Virus record (IMG/VR): IMGVR_UViG_3300003350_000001
Coordinates: 1 to 39,719 of that record
Source: a virus
DNA length: 39,719 nt
Strand: one strand, 5' to 3'
The translations under genes were made by a program, and so were the position numbers. Shown in pieces: positions 18,645 to 26,483 of this stretch (the first letter of the stretch is position 1; the number at the start of each line of letters is the position of its first letter). The notes beneath the pieces were generated by a model. That model was given only the letters and a program-made list of their open reading frames with translations. It searched no databases and had not been told where the DNA came from.

Positions 18645-19853
18645 TTAACTCATAGCAAGTTTCGGAGTAGAAACAGGATCCATGGAAATAATCTGAGAAG
18701 GAATAGGTCCATTTTTTTCGATCTCACTTCCACTTAATCCATTATGAAGACGCAATATATATTCTACATCGGAATGCCCATTTTTCTTGGCATGATCTAA
18801 CGCTGTCCATCCATTACGGTCGTATAGATTTGTATGTGCGCCCGTCTTTAATAAAACAGAAACACATTTTAAATGGCCTCTTGCAGCAGCTAATATTAAG
18901 GGAGTTTTCTCAAAGAATCCTTTTACAATTGCACATAGAGAATCTGGCATGCCTCTGCCATTTACATCTACTCTCTTTGATTTAATGGTTTCTTCCAGCG
19001 CTCCTGCATGCCCCTCATGAGCCAACCATTTTATCTCTTCTTGATTCTTTTTATGTTGCCGACATGGCATCCCATAAAATAATGTATCCAATGTGCCACT
19101 AAAAGGATTCCAAAAATTGGTTCCCAAATCTCGTCGAGTTACAGGAACTGATGTGGAGTCGGAATATCTTTCTATTTCGTCCTCTTGAATTTTATCCCCA
19201 GTATTAATTACAAGCACAGGACATGAAACATCATTACGGGGACATGATAATTCTTCCTCTAGCATCCGCATTATTTCGGCCTGATCTTCTTTTCCTTTTA
19301 GCATTTTATTGTCTTCTCGTAACTGTCTATTTTCTTCTAGTAACTGTCTATTTTCTTCTAATAACTGTCTATTCTCTTCTCGCAGCTGTTTATTCTCTTC
19401 TCGCAGCTGTTTATTTTCTTCTCGTAGCTGTTTATTTTCTTCTCGTAGCTGTTTATTGTCTTCCATGACTAAATTTAATTTTTCATTTAACTCATCAATG
19501 ACACGATTTTTTTCTTTAATGGTAATGCTTTGAATTTCTACCTGTTGTTTTAAATATTTGATGTCGCGTGCCTGGTCATCAATTTTAGTAAGCGCCGTTT
19601 GCAAAAGCTGTTCTAATCGATTGACTTGATTTTCTAATCGAATTATTTTTTGGTCGGATGTTTCAACAGATTTTGAAGAGGCATCCACAATTTCTTTATT
19701 GGTAATAGGTATGGTTGTTTCTTTCGTTTGCATAAAAGATTCTCCAGTAATTGATAAAAATAACATCGTAAAATATTCCAAGAGTGCATCGACTCTTTTG
19801 CTCAATTTATCTAATGAATTATTTATTTCTTTTAATTCGAATGGCCTTTTCAT
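18645..19853 (-). CDS. Coiled-coil protein with a heptad-repeat array and C-terminal ankyrin repeats, 402 aa
   Basis: Eight tandem heptads of the E-E-N-K/R-Q-L-R/L type. The C-terminus has TPLILAAARGHLKCVSVLLKTGAHTNLYDRNGWTALDHAKKNGH, a canonical ANK consensus. Confidence 0.8.
   Translation of the reverse strand: MKRPFELKEINNSLDKLSKRVDALLEYFTMLFLSITGESFMQTKETTIPITNKEIVDASSKSVETSDQKIIRLENQVNRLEQLLQTALTKIDDQARDIKYLKQQVEIQSITIKEKNRVIDELNEKLNLVMEDNKQLREENKQLREENKQLREENKQLREENRQLLEENRQLLEENRQLREDNKMLKGKEDQAEIMRMLEEELSCPRNDVSCPVLVINTGDKIQEDEIERYSDSTSVPVTRRDLGTNFWNPFSGTLDTLFYGMPCRQHKKNQEEIKWLAHEGHAGALEETIKSKRVDVNGRGMPDSLCAIVKGFFEKTPLILAAARGHLKCVSVLLKTGAHTNLYDRNGWTALDHAKKNGHSDVEYILRLHNGLSGSEIEKNGPIPSQIISMDPVSTPKLAMS
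19313..19459. repeat. Seven tandem 21-bp units encoding the heptad array inside the ankyrin gene
   Basis: The unit cttctcgtaactgtctatttt and variants repeat with an exact 21-nt period. Confidence 0.9.
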
Positions 19854-19961
19854 GATATTTTTTCCTTATATTTGTCCGTAGTAAAAGAAGTCGTGACTTT
19901 ATCATAGATTCTTAAAAGATAATGATTTTAGAGGGTGATTATTACCTTCTTTGGTATTAAA

Positions 19962-19989
19962 TTGCATAAAATTGAATATACAATATAAT
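19962..19989 (+). promoter_or_regulatory. Candidate sigma70 promoter of the kinase-csrA operon
   Basis: TTGCAT (19962-19967), a 16-nt spacer, TATAAT (19984-19989), about 80 nt upstream of ATG 20070. Confidence 0.5.
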
Positions 19990-20011
19990 CATTGGCGAAG
20001 ATGATGTACGA

Positions 20012-20058
20012 AAGGATTTAGAAGGACCGAATAAGGACAAAGACGAACCAGAAAAGGA
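20012..20058 (+). promoter_or_regulatory. Leader carrying four AAGGA motifs (candidate CsrA-binding sites)
   Basis: AAGGA at 20012, 20022, 20033 and 20054. The last lies next to or within the SD of the first gene of an operon that ends in csrA. Confidence 0.45.
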
Positions 20059-20069
20059 AAGGGGTAGTT

Positions 20070-21026
20070 ATGCCATTAAATCAAGCCTTACGCAAACAGA
20101 GTAATGTGTTGTGGTGCATTAGCATTATTCAAGATCAACGTCCCTTAGCACAAACCAAAGAAGAATTTTCCGAAATGTCGAAAGACATTCTCAATACCGA
20201 TACTATCGAGTCTTTAACCCTATGTCCTGTTGAGCTTTTACAGCGTTTTCGCCTCATGATCCAACATGGCATTGGAGAAGAAGAGGCAATTCAAAATTGC
20301 CATCGGCTAAAAGAGCAATGGTATAGCGATAATCGCCAGGAAATAGAACGATTAGAAGGCGCCAAGAAGCTTAATCTATTAAATTGGCAAGAATTCTTAT
20401 TATGGCCTGACCTTTCAAATACGCTCTATGATTTGGAGAAGTGGTATAAGGAAGATCGTGATTTTAGAAATCTAGTAGATGGGCGTGTTAAACAAGCGCG
20501 CGAAAGCATGGCGCCAGATTGCAAAATATCCAATCCTATCGAACAAACTGCCCTTTTAAAGCGCTATCTTTTTGAAGAGTGTGCGTTCCAAAAGTTTGCA
20601 GCAGGCAAAGGCTATAATTACGAAATCTATAAAACGCCCATGAATAAAGCCATGCGCAGAGTAAAGCATAATAGTGACTTTGTGCCTCCTGGCGTATTAG
20701 TAGAAGTCTATTTCACGCAATTTATGCCAGTACCTAAAAATGATTCACCACCTCGCGTGCATGAAGGACAAAACAATGGATTTTCACAGGTATTGAGTAA
20801 AAATCCCTTAAATGTTCCTGCTTTAAATGGAATTATAAAACCAAATTCGAAGCCTGAACATCAAAAATCTGCTGCACAAAAAGTATCGGAATTCATAGAA
20901 AAAACCGTTGAACTTATTCCTGAAGAACAACAAGCAAAAGCCATCGACCTATTAATTAAATTCGCAACCAAAGAAATTATACCACTGTGTTACTCACCGC
21001 AAATGAACGATTTAAAAAATATTTAA
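20070..21026 (+). CDS. Hypothetical protein, 318 aa, first gene of the kinase-csrA operon
   Basis: ATG with AAAGGGG SD. No family is securely recognised. Confidence 0.6.
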   Translation: MPLNQALRKQSNVLWCISIIQDQRPLAQTKEEFSEMSKDILNTDTIESLTLCPVELLQRFRLMIQHGIGEEEAIQNCHRLKEQWYSDNRQEIERLEGAKKLNLLNWQEFLLWPDLSNTLYDLEKWYKEDRDFRNLVDGRVKQARESMAPDCKISNPIEQTALLKRYLFEECAFQKFAAGKGYNYEIYKTPMNKAMRRVKHNSDFVPPGVLVEVYFTQFMPVPKNDSPPRVHEGQNNGFSQVLSKNPLNVPALNGIIKPNSKPEHQKSAAQKVSEFIEKTVELIPEEQQAKAIDLLIKFATKEIIPLCYSPQMNDLKNI

Positions 21027-21046
21027 TTTTAAGCAAAGGAGTCGCT

Positions 21047-22618
21047 ATGATAGAAGAAGATTTACGGATGATCGCTAAAAATTCTGTAATTGATGAATTA
21101 TTTAACCTGTTTTCTATCAACTTTTCTTGGTGTGACAAGAACGGTCACGTTTTGGGATGTAATAAAAGTACTTTTGATTTCTTTTATTATCATGTCGGAT
21201 TAGAAGATGTCATAGGAAAACATGTGAGGGATATCGCATCGCCTGAAGCATGGGAAAACACTAAAAAAGTCATCAAAACTGGCATTCCTATGGCCGATGA
21301 AGAAATCCATACCGATGAAGACGGAACGAAAACCTATTTTGTCAGCATGAAAAGCCCTCTTAAAAACGATAAAAACGAAATTATCGGTATGGTTAATATT
21401 GCGCTAGATATTACAGACCGTAAGTTACTCGAGATGGAATGGAAAAAAGCCAAAGAAGAAGCAGAACTTAATAATAAGAATAAAACTGAATTCTTATCCA
21501 ACATGCGACATGATCTAAGAACGCCCTTTAGCGGTATTTTAGGCATGTCTCAATTATTAGAATCACAAGAAGAAGACCCTGTTAAAAAAGAAAGTTTGGG
21601 CGATATCGTTGCTTCTTCAAAATCCTTATTAAATCATTTGAATGAAATTATGGAATTTGTCGAGGTAGAAAACGGAAAGATTCCACTCGTTGAGAAAGAA
21701 TTCAATATTCACGAAGTGATAAAAGACGTCTTTTTGATGCTATTGCCAGCAGCAAAAGATAAAGAATTAGATTTTGAACTATGGGTCGATAAAGAATTAC
21801 CAGAGTACCTTTTTGGGGATTCCATCCGTATTCAACGCATTTTAATGAACCTTATCACCAATGCAGTGAAATTTACGGAGAAAGGCTTTGTAAATGTGAA
21901 AGCCTATTGGAATAAAACTACCGATGAAAAAGGTATTTTACAAATTGTCGTCGAGGACAACGGGATTGGCATTCCTTCGGATAAAAGAGAGTTCATTTTT
22001 GAGAAATTCAGTCGATTAACCTCAGCTTACCATGGAGTTTATCCAGGAAAAGGCTTAGGACTTAACATCATGAAGCAATTCTTAGAAGAATTAAACGGAC
22101 AATTTGAACTTGTAAGCGAAGTCGGAAAAGGTACTACATTCACCGTGCTCATTCCGCACAAAATTTCGTTATTCAAAATAATTAAACAAAGACATTTTAA
22201 ACCCGATAGCGATAAAGTGTTATTAATCGAGGATTATCCGATTGTTTCCAAAATGTCCAAGAAGATAATGGAAAATACCAAATTTTCTAATTTTGAAGTG
22301 GATATTGCAGAAACAGGCCTCCAAGCATTAGAAATGATGGAAGGACAACACTATGATTTAATCCTCATGGATATTGGATTGCCTGACATTGATGGTTATG
22401 AATTAACCAGGCGCATTCGTGCACACAAAGACCCTTATATTGCAATAGTTCCTATTATCGCCTTAACGGCACATACCGGCATTGAGCAGAAATGTATTGA
22501 TGTTGGCATTGATGACATTCTTACCAAACCTTTAACCGAAGAAATCATAAAATCCATTCAAGACTATTTATTATTAAGGAGATCGCATCATGCTAGTACT
22601 ATCACGAAAGTTAAATGA
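21047..22618 (+). CDS. Cytoplasmic hybrid sensor histidine kinase / response-regulator receiver (PAS-HisKA-HATPase-REC), 523 aa
   Basis: Start moved to ATG 21047 (AAGGAG 6 nt upstream). H-box MRHDLRTPFSGILG, N-box NLITNAVKFT, G1 DNGIGIP, G2 GKGLGLNI, receiver LILMDIGLPDIDG ... LTKP. There is no hydrophobic TM segment. Confidence 0.85.
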   Translation: MIEEDLRMIAKNSVIDELFNLFSINFSWCDKNGHVLGCNKSTFDFFYYHVGLEDVIGKHVRDIASPEAWENTKKVIKTGIPMADEEIHTDEDGTKTYFVSMKSPLKNDKNEIIGMVNIALDITDRKLLEMEWKKAKEEAELNNKNKTEFLSNMRHDLRTPFSGILGMSQLLESQEEDPVKKESLGDIVASSKSLLNHLNEIMEFVEVENGKIPLVEKEFNIHEVIKDVFLMLLPAAKDKELDFELWVDKELPEYLFGDSIRIQRILMNLITNAVKFTEKGFVNVKAYWNKTTDEKGILQIVVEDNGIGIPSDKREFIFEKFSRLTSAYHGVYPGKGLGLNIMKQFLEELNGQFELVSEVGKGTTFTVLIPHKISLFKIIKQRHFKPDSDKVLLIEDYPIVSKMSKKIMENTKFSNFEVDIAETGLQALEMMEGQHYDLILMDIGLPDIDGYELTRRIRAHKDPYIAIVPIIALTAHTGIEQKCIDVGIDDILTKPLTEEIIKSIQDYLLLRRSHHASTITKVK

Positions 22619-22796
22619 ACGGGTAATTATTGGGAATGACATCACGATAAGCGTGCTTGGAATTCACAGGTTTTATGTAAAATTGGGATTTGATGCACCT
22701 TCTGGTGTCAGTGTGCATCGTGAGGAAATCTATAAAAAAATCCCAAAAGTAGATGAAAGCAAGAAAACCCTTCACTTAGTGATGGATGGCCGTTAA
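22590..22796 (+). CDS. csrA: CsrA/RsmA-family RNA-binding translational regulator, 68 aa
   Basis: MLVLSRKLNERVIIGNDITISVLGI...VKLGFDAPSGVSVHREEIYKKI matches the canonical CsrA sequence pattern. AAGGAG SD. Overlaps the kinase 3' end by 29 nt. Confidence 0.9.
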   Translation: MLVLSRKLNERVIIGNDITISVLGIHRFYVKLGFDAPSGVSVHREEIYKKIPKVDESKKTLHLVMDGR

Positions 22797-23257
22797 AAAG
22801 GTTTTTTATTCTTTGCATCGAGTTCTGCTCGCAATGCCATCAACTCGATTTTAAGTTGTGCGTTTTCCTCGTTTTTTTGCTCAAGCAACGTACTATCTCC
22901 GTATTGCTTTGGCAATAACTTGGAAGCAAGCCACTTTCGAGCATCAATTTTAAGCCTAGCAACAGCGACATCTTCATAATTTGCAGAATTTGCAATTTTT
23001 ATGCATTCTTCGGCCAATATATCGGCTTGTTTCATCTTGGCTCGCGCGTATTGCCTGTAAAATTCCTCGTTTTTAAGCATCCATCTTCGCACCGTAGTTT
23101 CATCTGGGAAATCATCATTTAGAATGCAGATTTGATCCAGACTCATCGTGGTAGTTGAGATGAGCTCGCAAATTTTATCAGTTTTTTCTTCGCTATAACT
23201 AGAAGGTCTCCCGACAGGGTTAGATTCTTTCTTCTTCTTCAGTGATTTTATGGGCAT
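22793..23257 (-). CDS. terS: Terminase small subunit, 154 aa
   Basis: GRPSSYSEEKTDKICELIS..SLDQIC....P.ETTVRRWMLKNEEFYRQYARAKMKQADILAEE ... IDARKWLASKLLPKQYGD is the pattern I recall for HTH-type small terminases. AAAGGA SD. Confidence 0.7.
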   Translation of the reverse strand: MPIKSLKKKKESNPVGRPSSYSEEKTDKICELISTTTMSLDQICILNDDFPDETTVRRWMLKNEEFYRQYARAKMKQADILAEECIKIANSANYEDVAVARLKIDARKWLASKLLPKQYGDSTLLEQKNEENAQLKIELMALRAELDAKNKKPF

Positions 23258-23489
23258 TTTTAGAATCCTTTCTCTTTAGTTTTTCTGAATTTAATTTTTT
23301 CGTTTCTGTTTTCTTTATTTCATTTAATTCTTTAAGTGTCTCTTCGATAGATTTTGTAACTCCTTTTCCAAGACACATGGGACAATCAACTTCAGGTGCG
23401 CCCATATTTATATAAGTATACCCATTATTTAATTTAAAGAGCTTTTTACGACCACAACAGCGTATACATCGAACAGTTCCATTTATCAT
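23220..23489 (-). CDS. Zinc-ribbon protein, 89 aa (CxxC ... CxxC) with a Lys/Glu-rich tail
   Basis: ATG at 23489 (the ORF-track start at 23492 is TTG). Cys pairs CIRCCG and CPMCLG. Overlaps the terS start. Confidence 0.55.
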   Translation of the reverse strand: MINGTVRCIRCCGRKKLFKLNNGYTYINMGAPEVDCPMCLGKGVTKSIEETLKELNEIKKTETKKLNSEKLKRKDSKNAHKITEEEERI

Positions 23490-23609
23490 CAATCTTTCCC
23501 TATATTTGTCATACTAAAATATTATTTACATAATAAAATTATGTGTTAAGATAGCAATAGTCGGTTAATTATACCGATTTTACGTAAACATACCTAGGAG
23601 AACGGAACA

Positions 23610-23777
23610 ATGAAAATATCATTTAATGCTGAAGAATATGATAACGGTTTAGAAGTACTTCGTGATGAAGAAATAAAGGCATTAGAAGAATTAAACCACG
23701 CAACAAACGGGTTAGTCCAAGAATTTTTCATAACATTACTTAACCCTAAAAAACAAGGAGAACAAAATGAGCTATAA
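23610..23777 (+). CDS. Possible small ORF, 55 aa (MKISFNAEEYDNGLEVLRDEEIKALEELNH...)
   Basis: AGGAG 9 nt upstream of the ATG. It is a more plausible reading of this segment than the His-rich 110-aa antisense ORF. Confidence 0.35.
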   Translation: MKISFNAEEYDNGLEVLRDEEIKALEELNHATNGLVQEFFITLLNPKKQGEQNEL

Positions 23778-23910
23778 AGGCGCAATGGATGGATGGCATG
23801 GTGATGAATATGAATGCCAAGGAGATTGTGGAGTTTGTGAGTCATGCGAATTTGTCCAAGATATGAAAATGGATGATGACGATGACGATTGGTGGGATGA
23901 GTTATTTTAA
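23767..23910 (+). CDS. Possible small Cys-rich/acidic ORF, 47 aa (MSYKGAMDGWHGDEYECQGDCGVCESCEF...DDDDDDWWDELF)
   Basis: AAGGAG upstream. It overlaps the previous small ORF and is followed by an 8-bp stem-loop (AGGGGAGA/TCTCCCCT). Confidence 0.35.
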   Translation: MSYKGAMDGWHGDEYECQGDCGVCESCEFVQDMKMDDDDDDWWDELF

Positions 23911-23998
23911 GTCGGATGTGTTTCATGAAAGAGAGGGGAGAATTTGTCTCTCCCCTAATGCTCGCAATTATTACAAGTTATCATTGACGAATCATGAT

Positions 23999-24085
23999 GG
24001 GAACAGCGGGAACTACGGGAACAAGTAACGCTAGCCACGCTTTTGGTGTTCCCTAAGTGTTCCCGCTTGTAATGCGGACGGGAAC
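23999..24085. repeat. Iteron cluster: six GGGAAC/GTTCCC hexamers (candidate replication origin)
   Basis: GGGAAC at 23999, 24008 and 24017 (9-bp phasing). GTTCCC at 24048 and 24059. GGGAAC at 24080. The cluster lies just 3' of the initiator-like gene. Confidence 0.6.
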
Positions 24086-24152
24086 AGATTTGAAATTCAC
24101 CACCGTATCACCATTTCAATTTTAAGACATCAAATCTCTTTATATTTAAATT

Positions 24153-24938
24153 CTATCCAGAACCCGCGCTCGAGGTATAACCAACTGTAGATCGTTTAAA
24201 ATTGGTATCTAGATTTCGTTCTACGCATGTATTTTTAAGTAATCCCCATTCAAGTTTTATTTTTTCAATGCCATCCCTGCATTTTTTGCGCTCGGCTTCA
24301 AATTTTGCTTTCTGTTCGGCTGTTTTTTCCGGTTCTTTCTTGGAAATAAAGAAAGGTTGCCGGTTTACTGAGCTCCGAGGAGGGTCTTTATCCACAAATT
24401 TATACTTATCCACAGGTCTACGTATGGTATCTACGTGTATATTTTTATTAATAAAATTATTTATATATTTAGGATCGCCAATGATGACGGGGGGTGATAT
24501 TCCTTTATTCATTGAGGGTTTTGAGTAACGAATAGGGGTTTTGTCGGGTAAACTGGATAACTTAAAATCCGGTCTATTTTTCTCTTCTTCCATCCATTCA
24601 TGAGCTAGAAATTTGTAATGATTAACCCCACCATGCTTTACCAAATAGGTAATAATAAGTCCCACCGTTCGTAATTCTTTCAACGCTCGTTCGATGGTTC
24701 TGGATGATCGCTTCACTTCTCTAGCCAATTGATTGACAGAACGGTGAACAATTTCGCTGTTGTGACCCCACCGAAGTAGACGACCGTAAACCTTTTTTGC
24801 CGTCTCGCTCAACTCTGATTTTGGAATTTGAAGGAGCCAGTAAGGAATAATTATTTCCGAAAGAAAATTGAATTGATTTGGATGAATAAATTTTGTTGAA
24901 AAGCTTGATTTTTGGAGGACATTTGTAATATTATTCAT
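24153..24938 (-). CDS. Winged-helix DNA-binding protein, probable replication initiator/organiser, 261 aa
   Basis: HTH segment SVNQLAREVKRSSRTIERALKELRTVGLI. The gene is flanked on both sides by repeats containing the GGGAAC core. Confidence 0.5.
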   Translation of the reverse strand: MNNITNVLQKSSFSTKFIHPNQFNFLSEIIIPYWLLQIPKSELSETAKKVYGRLLRWGHNSEIVHRSVNQLAREVKRSSRTIERALKELRTVGLIITYLVKHGGVNHYKFLAHEWMEEEKNRPDFKLSSLPDKTPIRYSKPSMNKGISPPVIIGDPKYINNFINKNIHVDTIRRPVDKYKFVDKDPPRSSVNRQPFFISKKEPEKTAEQKAKFEAERKKCRDGIEKIKLEWGLLKNTCVERNLDTNFKRSTVGYTSSAGSG

Positions 24939-25038
24939 TTGAATTTTACCTTAAGTTTTGTTGAAAAGCCTTTTGGGGAAATTTGAATTTTTCCTTAATT
25001 TTTGTTTGAAAAGCTGATTTTGGGGGAACATTTAACTT
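24891..25038. repeat. Three direct repeats of about 35-40 bp, TTTGTTGAAAAGC-N-TTTTGGGG(A)AC-ATTT, spanning the initiator start and its upstream region
   Basis: Copies at 24891-24930, 24957-24990 and 24999-25038. The third contains an exact GGGAAC. Confidence 0.75.
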
Positions 25039-25340
25039 GGATAGGTTAACGTTTTACGTTAATCATTGGGCACGGATGCCCAACTTTATTATTTTCAAAT
25101 TGATTATTTCGCACCTATTCCCCACTTTTTACCCGCTTTTTTCCCCAACTAAATAAAATTAATAATTAATCACACTGAGGGGTTGGAAAATAAGAAAGAA
25201 TTCTTTACAATATTCTTAACTCATCAAGGTGCAATCTTGGTGCAGTTTCTTTAAATGGCCACTGCCAGCCTTGTTATTTCATTTTAATCATGAAGTAACA
25301 AGGTATATTCTAAAACCATTTTCTTTAAAAGATCAATAAC

Positions 25341-25574
25341 CTAATCGACTGAACGCGACTTAAATTGTCCATTAGACAAAAAAGCAATGAAATCAGTTGT
25401 GATGGGAAAGCTTTTTTGAGGAAATAATAAATTAATCAATCCCTCTGTAACTTGGCATGATAATTTATCAATCATTTTCGGAGTTATCACTTGTCCTGAA
25501 TATTCGACAAGATGTCCTTTTAAAATATGATAAATACAAACACTTGTCTCTAAAAAACTATCATCATTTATCAC
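25341..25574 (-). CDS. Hypothetical protein, 77 aa (GTG start)
   Basis: AAGGAG 6 nt upstream of the GTG. Confidence 0.5.
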   Translation of the reverse strand: MINDDSFLETSVCIYHILKGHLVEYSGQVITPKMIDKLSCQVTEGLINLLFPQKSFPITTDFIAFLSNGQFKSRSVD

Positions 25575-25615
25575 TTTATTCTCCTTTTCAATTAATTGAA
25601 TCCATGAATTATTTT

Positions 25616-25918
25616 TTACTTTAATGCATCCTCCGCTTTTTTAACCTGTTGTTCCATCCTATAAAATGCTTTCTGTAATTCATCGGGAAACATTTTTAAT
25701 TTCTTTGGGAATTTAGTGGCCATTCGCAATCCAATATACATCGACATCTTTTGTTCTATTTTATCCGGCGAATCAAATCCATATAAAATAGGTTGTATGT
25801 AAAAAATTAATAGATTTAAAAATGCTTTAATCTCTTTTATAGAATATTCATCTAAAAAACAATCGGTATATTTTTCAGAGAGTATTGACTTTGCTTTCTT
25901 TAATAATTTTTTATTCAT
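25616..25918 (-). CDS. Hypothetical protein, 100 aa
   Basis: ATG forms an ATGA overlap with the upstream paralogue gene. Confidence 0.55.
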   Translation of the reverse strand: MNKKLLKKAKSILSEKYTDCFLDEYSIKEIKAFLNLLIFYIQPILYGFDSPDKIEQKMSMYIGLRMATKFPKKLKMFPDELQKAFYRMEQQVKKAEDALK

Positions 25919-26151
25919 TCTTCTTGCTTCTCCTTTTCTTTTTGCATAACGTCATTAATAATTTCATCAACAAAATTAGGTACCTTACTTAAAGCCCTCA
26001 CGACGGCCATTGCTGCTACCAATGATTTGTTAGATTTTTCTGTATCTTTTGAATCAAGATTATTTGCTACCTCCTCTAAGTCATATATCATCATCTTAAA
26101 ATATTTTTTTATGTCATTAAGCGCTTCTAGTTTTAGTTTTTCATCATTCAT
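25915..26151 (-). CDS. Small acidic helical protein, paralogue 1 of 3 (78 aa)
   Basis: AAAGGA SD. About 70 percent identical by eye to the 80-aa neighbour (KLKLEALNDIKKYFKM ... VMQKEKEKQEE). Confidence 0.6.
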   Translation of the reverse strand: MNDEKLKLEALNDIKKYFKMMIYDLEEVANNLDSKDTEKSNKSLVAAMAVVRALSKVPNFVDEIINDVMQKEKEKQEE

Positions 26152-26163
26152 ATTTATTTCCTT

Positions 26164-26229
26164 TAAAAAACAATAAGTATATTTCTCAGAGAGTATTTAC
26201 TTTGCTTTCTTTAATAATTTTTTATTCAT
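26164..26229 (-). pseudogene. Duplicated 5' remnant of the 100-aa gene (MNKKLLKKAK then stop)
   Basis: Copy B of the 311-bp tandem duplication. A TCA to TAA change truncates the ORF at codon 11. Confidence 0.7.
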
Positions 26230-26468
26230 TCTTCTTGTTTCTCCTTTTCTTTTTGCATAACCTCATTAATAACTTCATCAATAAAATTAGGTACCTCAGT
26301 TAAAGCCCCCCCGATGGCCATTGCTGCTACCAATGCTTGTCTAAATTTTTCTTCATCTTTTGAATCAAGATCCTTTTCTATCTCATCTAAGTCATCTCTC
26401 AGCATCTTAAAATATTTTTTTATGTCATTAAGCGCTCGTAGTTTTAGTTTTTCATTATCCGATTTCAT
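26226..26468 (-). CDS. Small acidic helical protein, paralogue 2 of 3 (80 aa)
   Basis: See paralogue 1. Confidence 0.6.
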   Translation of the reverse strand: MKSDNEKLKLRALNDIKKYFKMLRDDLDEIEKDLDSKDEEKFRQALVAAMAIGGALTEVPNFIDEVINEVMQKEKEKQEE

Positions 26469-26483
26469 ATTTATTTTTCCTTT

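Larger units (their letters stand above)
25853..26475. repeat. Tandem duplication, two units of about 311 bp
   Basis: 25853-26163 aligns with 26164-26475 (start codons at 25918 and 26229 are 311 nt apart). Confidence 0.85.

Noticed and set aside
19313-19459. A regular 21-bp repeat array that could be mistaken for a CRISPR array or a non-coding VNTR
   Set aside because: The repeats are contiguous with no spacers, in frame, and encode a heptad coiled coil inside a 402-aa ORF. No cas genes are present.
20987-21046. An N-terminal 20-aa extension of the histidine kinase
   Set aside because: It would overlap the upstream gene by 40 nt and has no SD. ATG 21047 has AAGGAG at ideal spacing.
23594-23926. 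110-aa His-rich minus-strand ORF
   Set aside because: It has an odd composition (H/L/S/R-rich) and no SD. Two short plus-strand ORFs with AGGAG/AAGGAG sites cover the same segment more plausibly, although these are themselves low-confidence.
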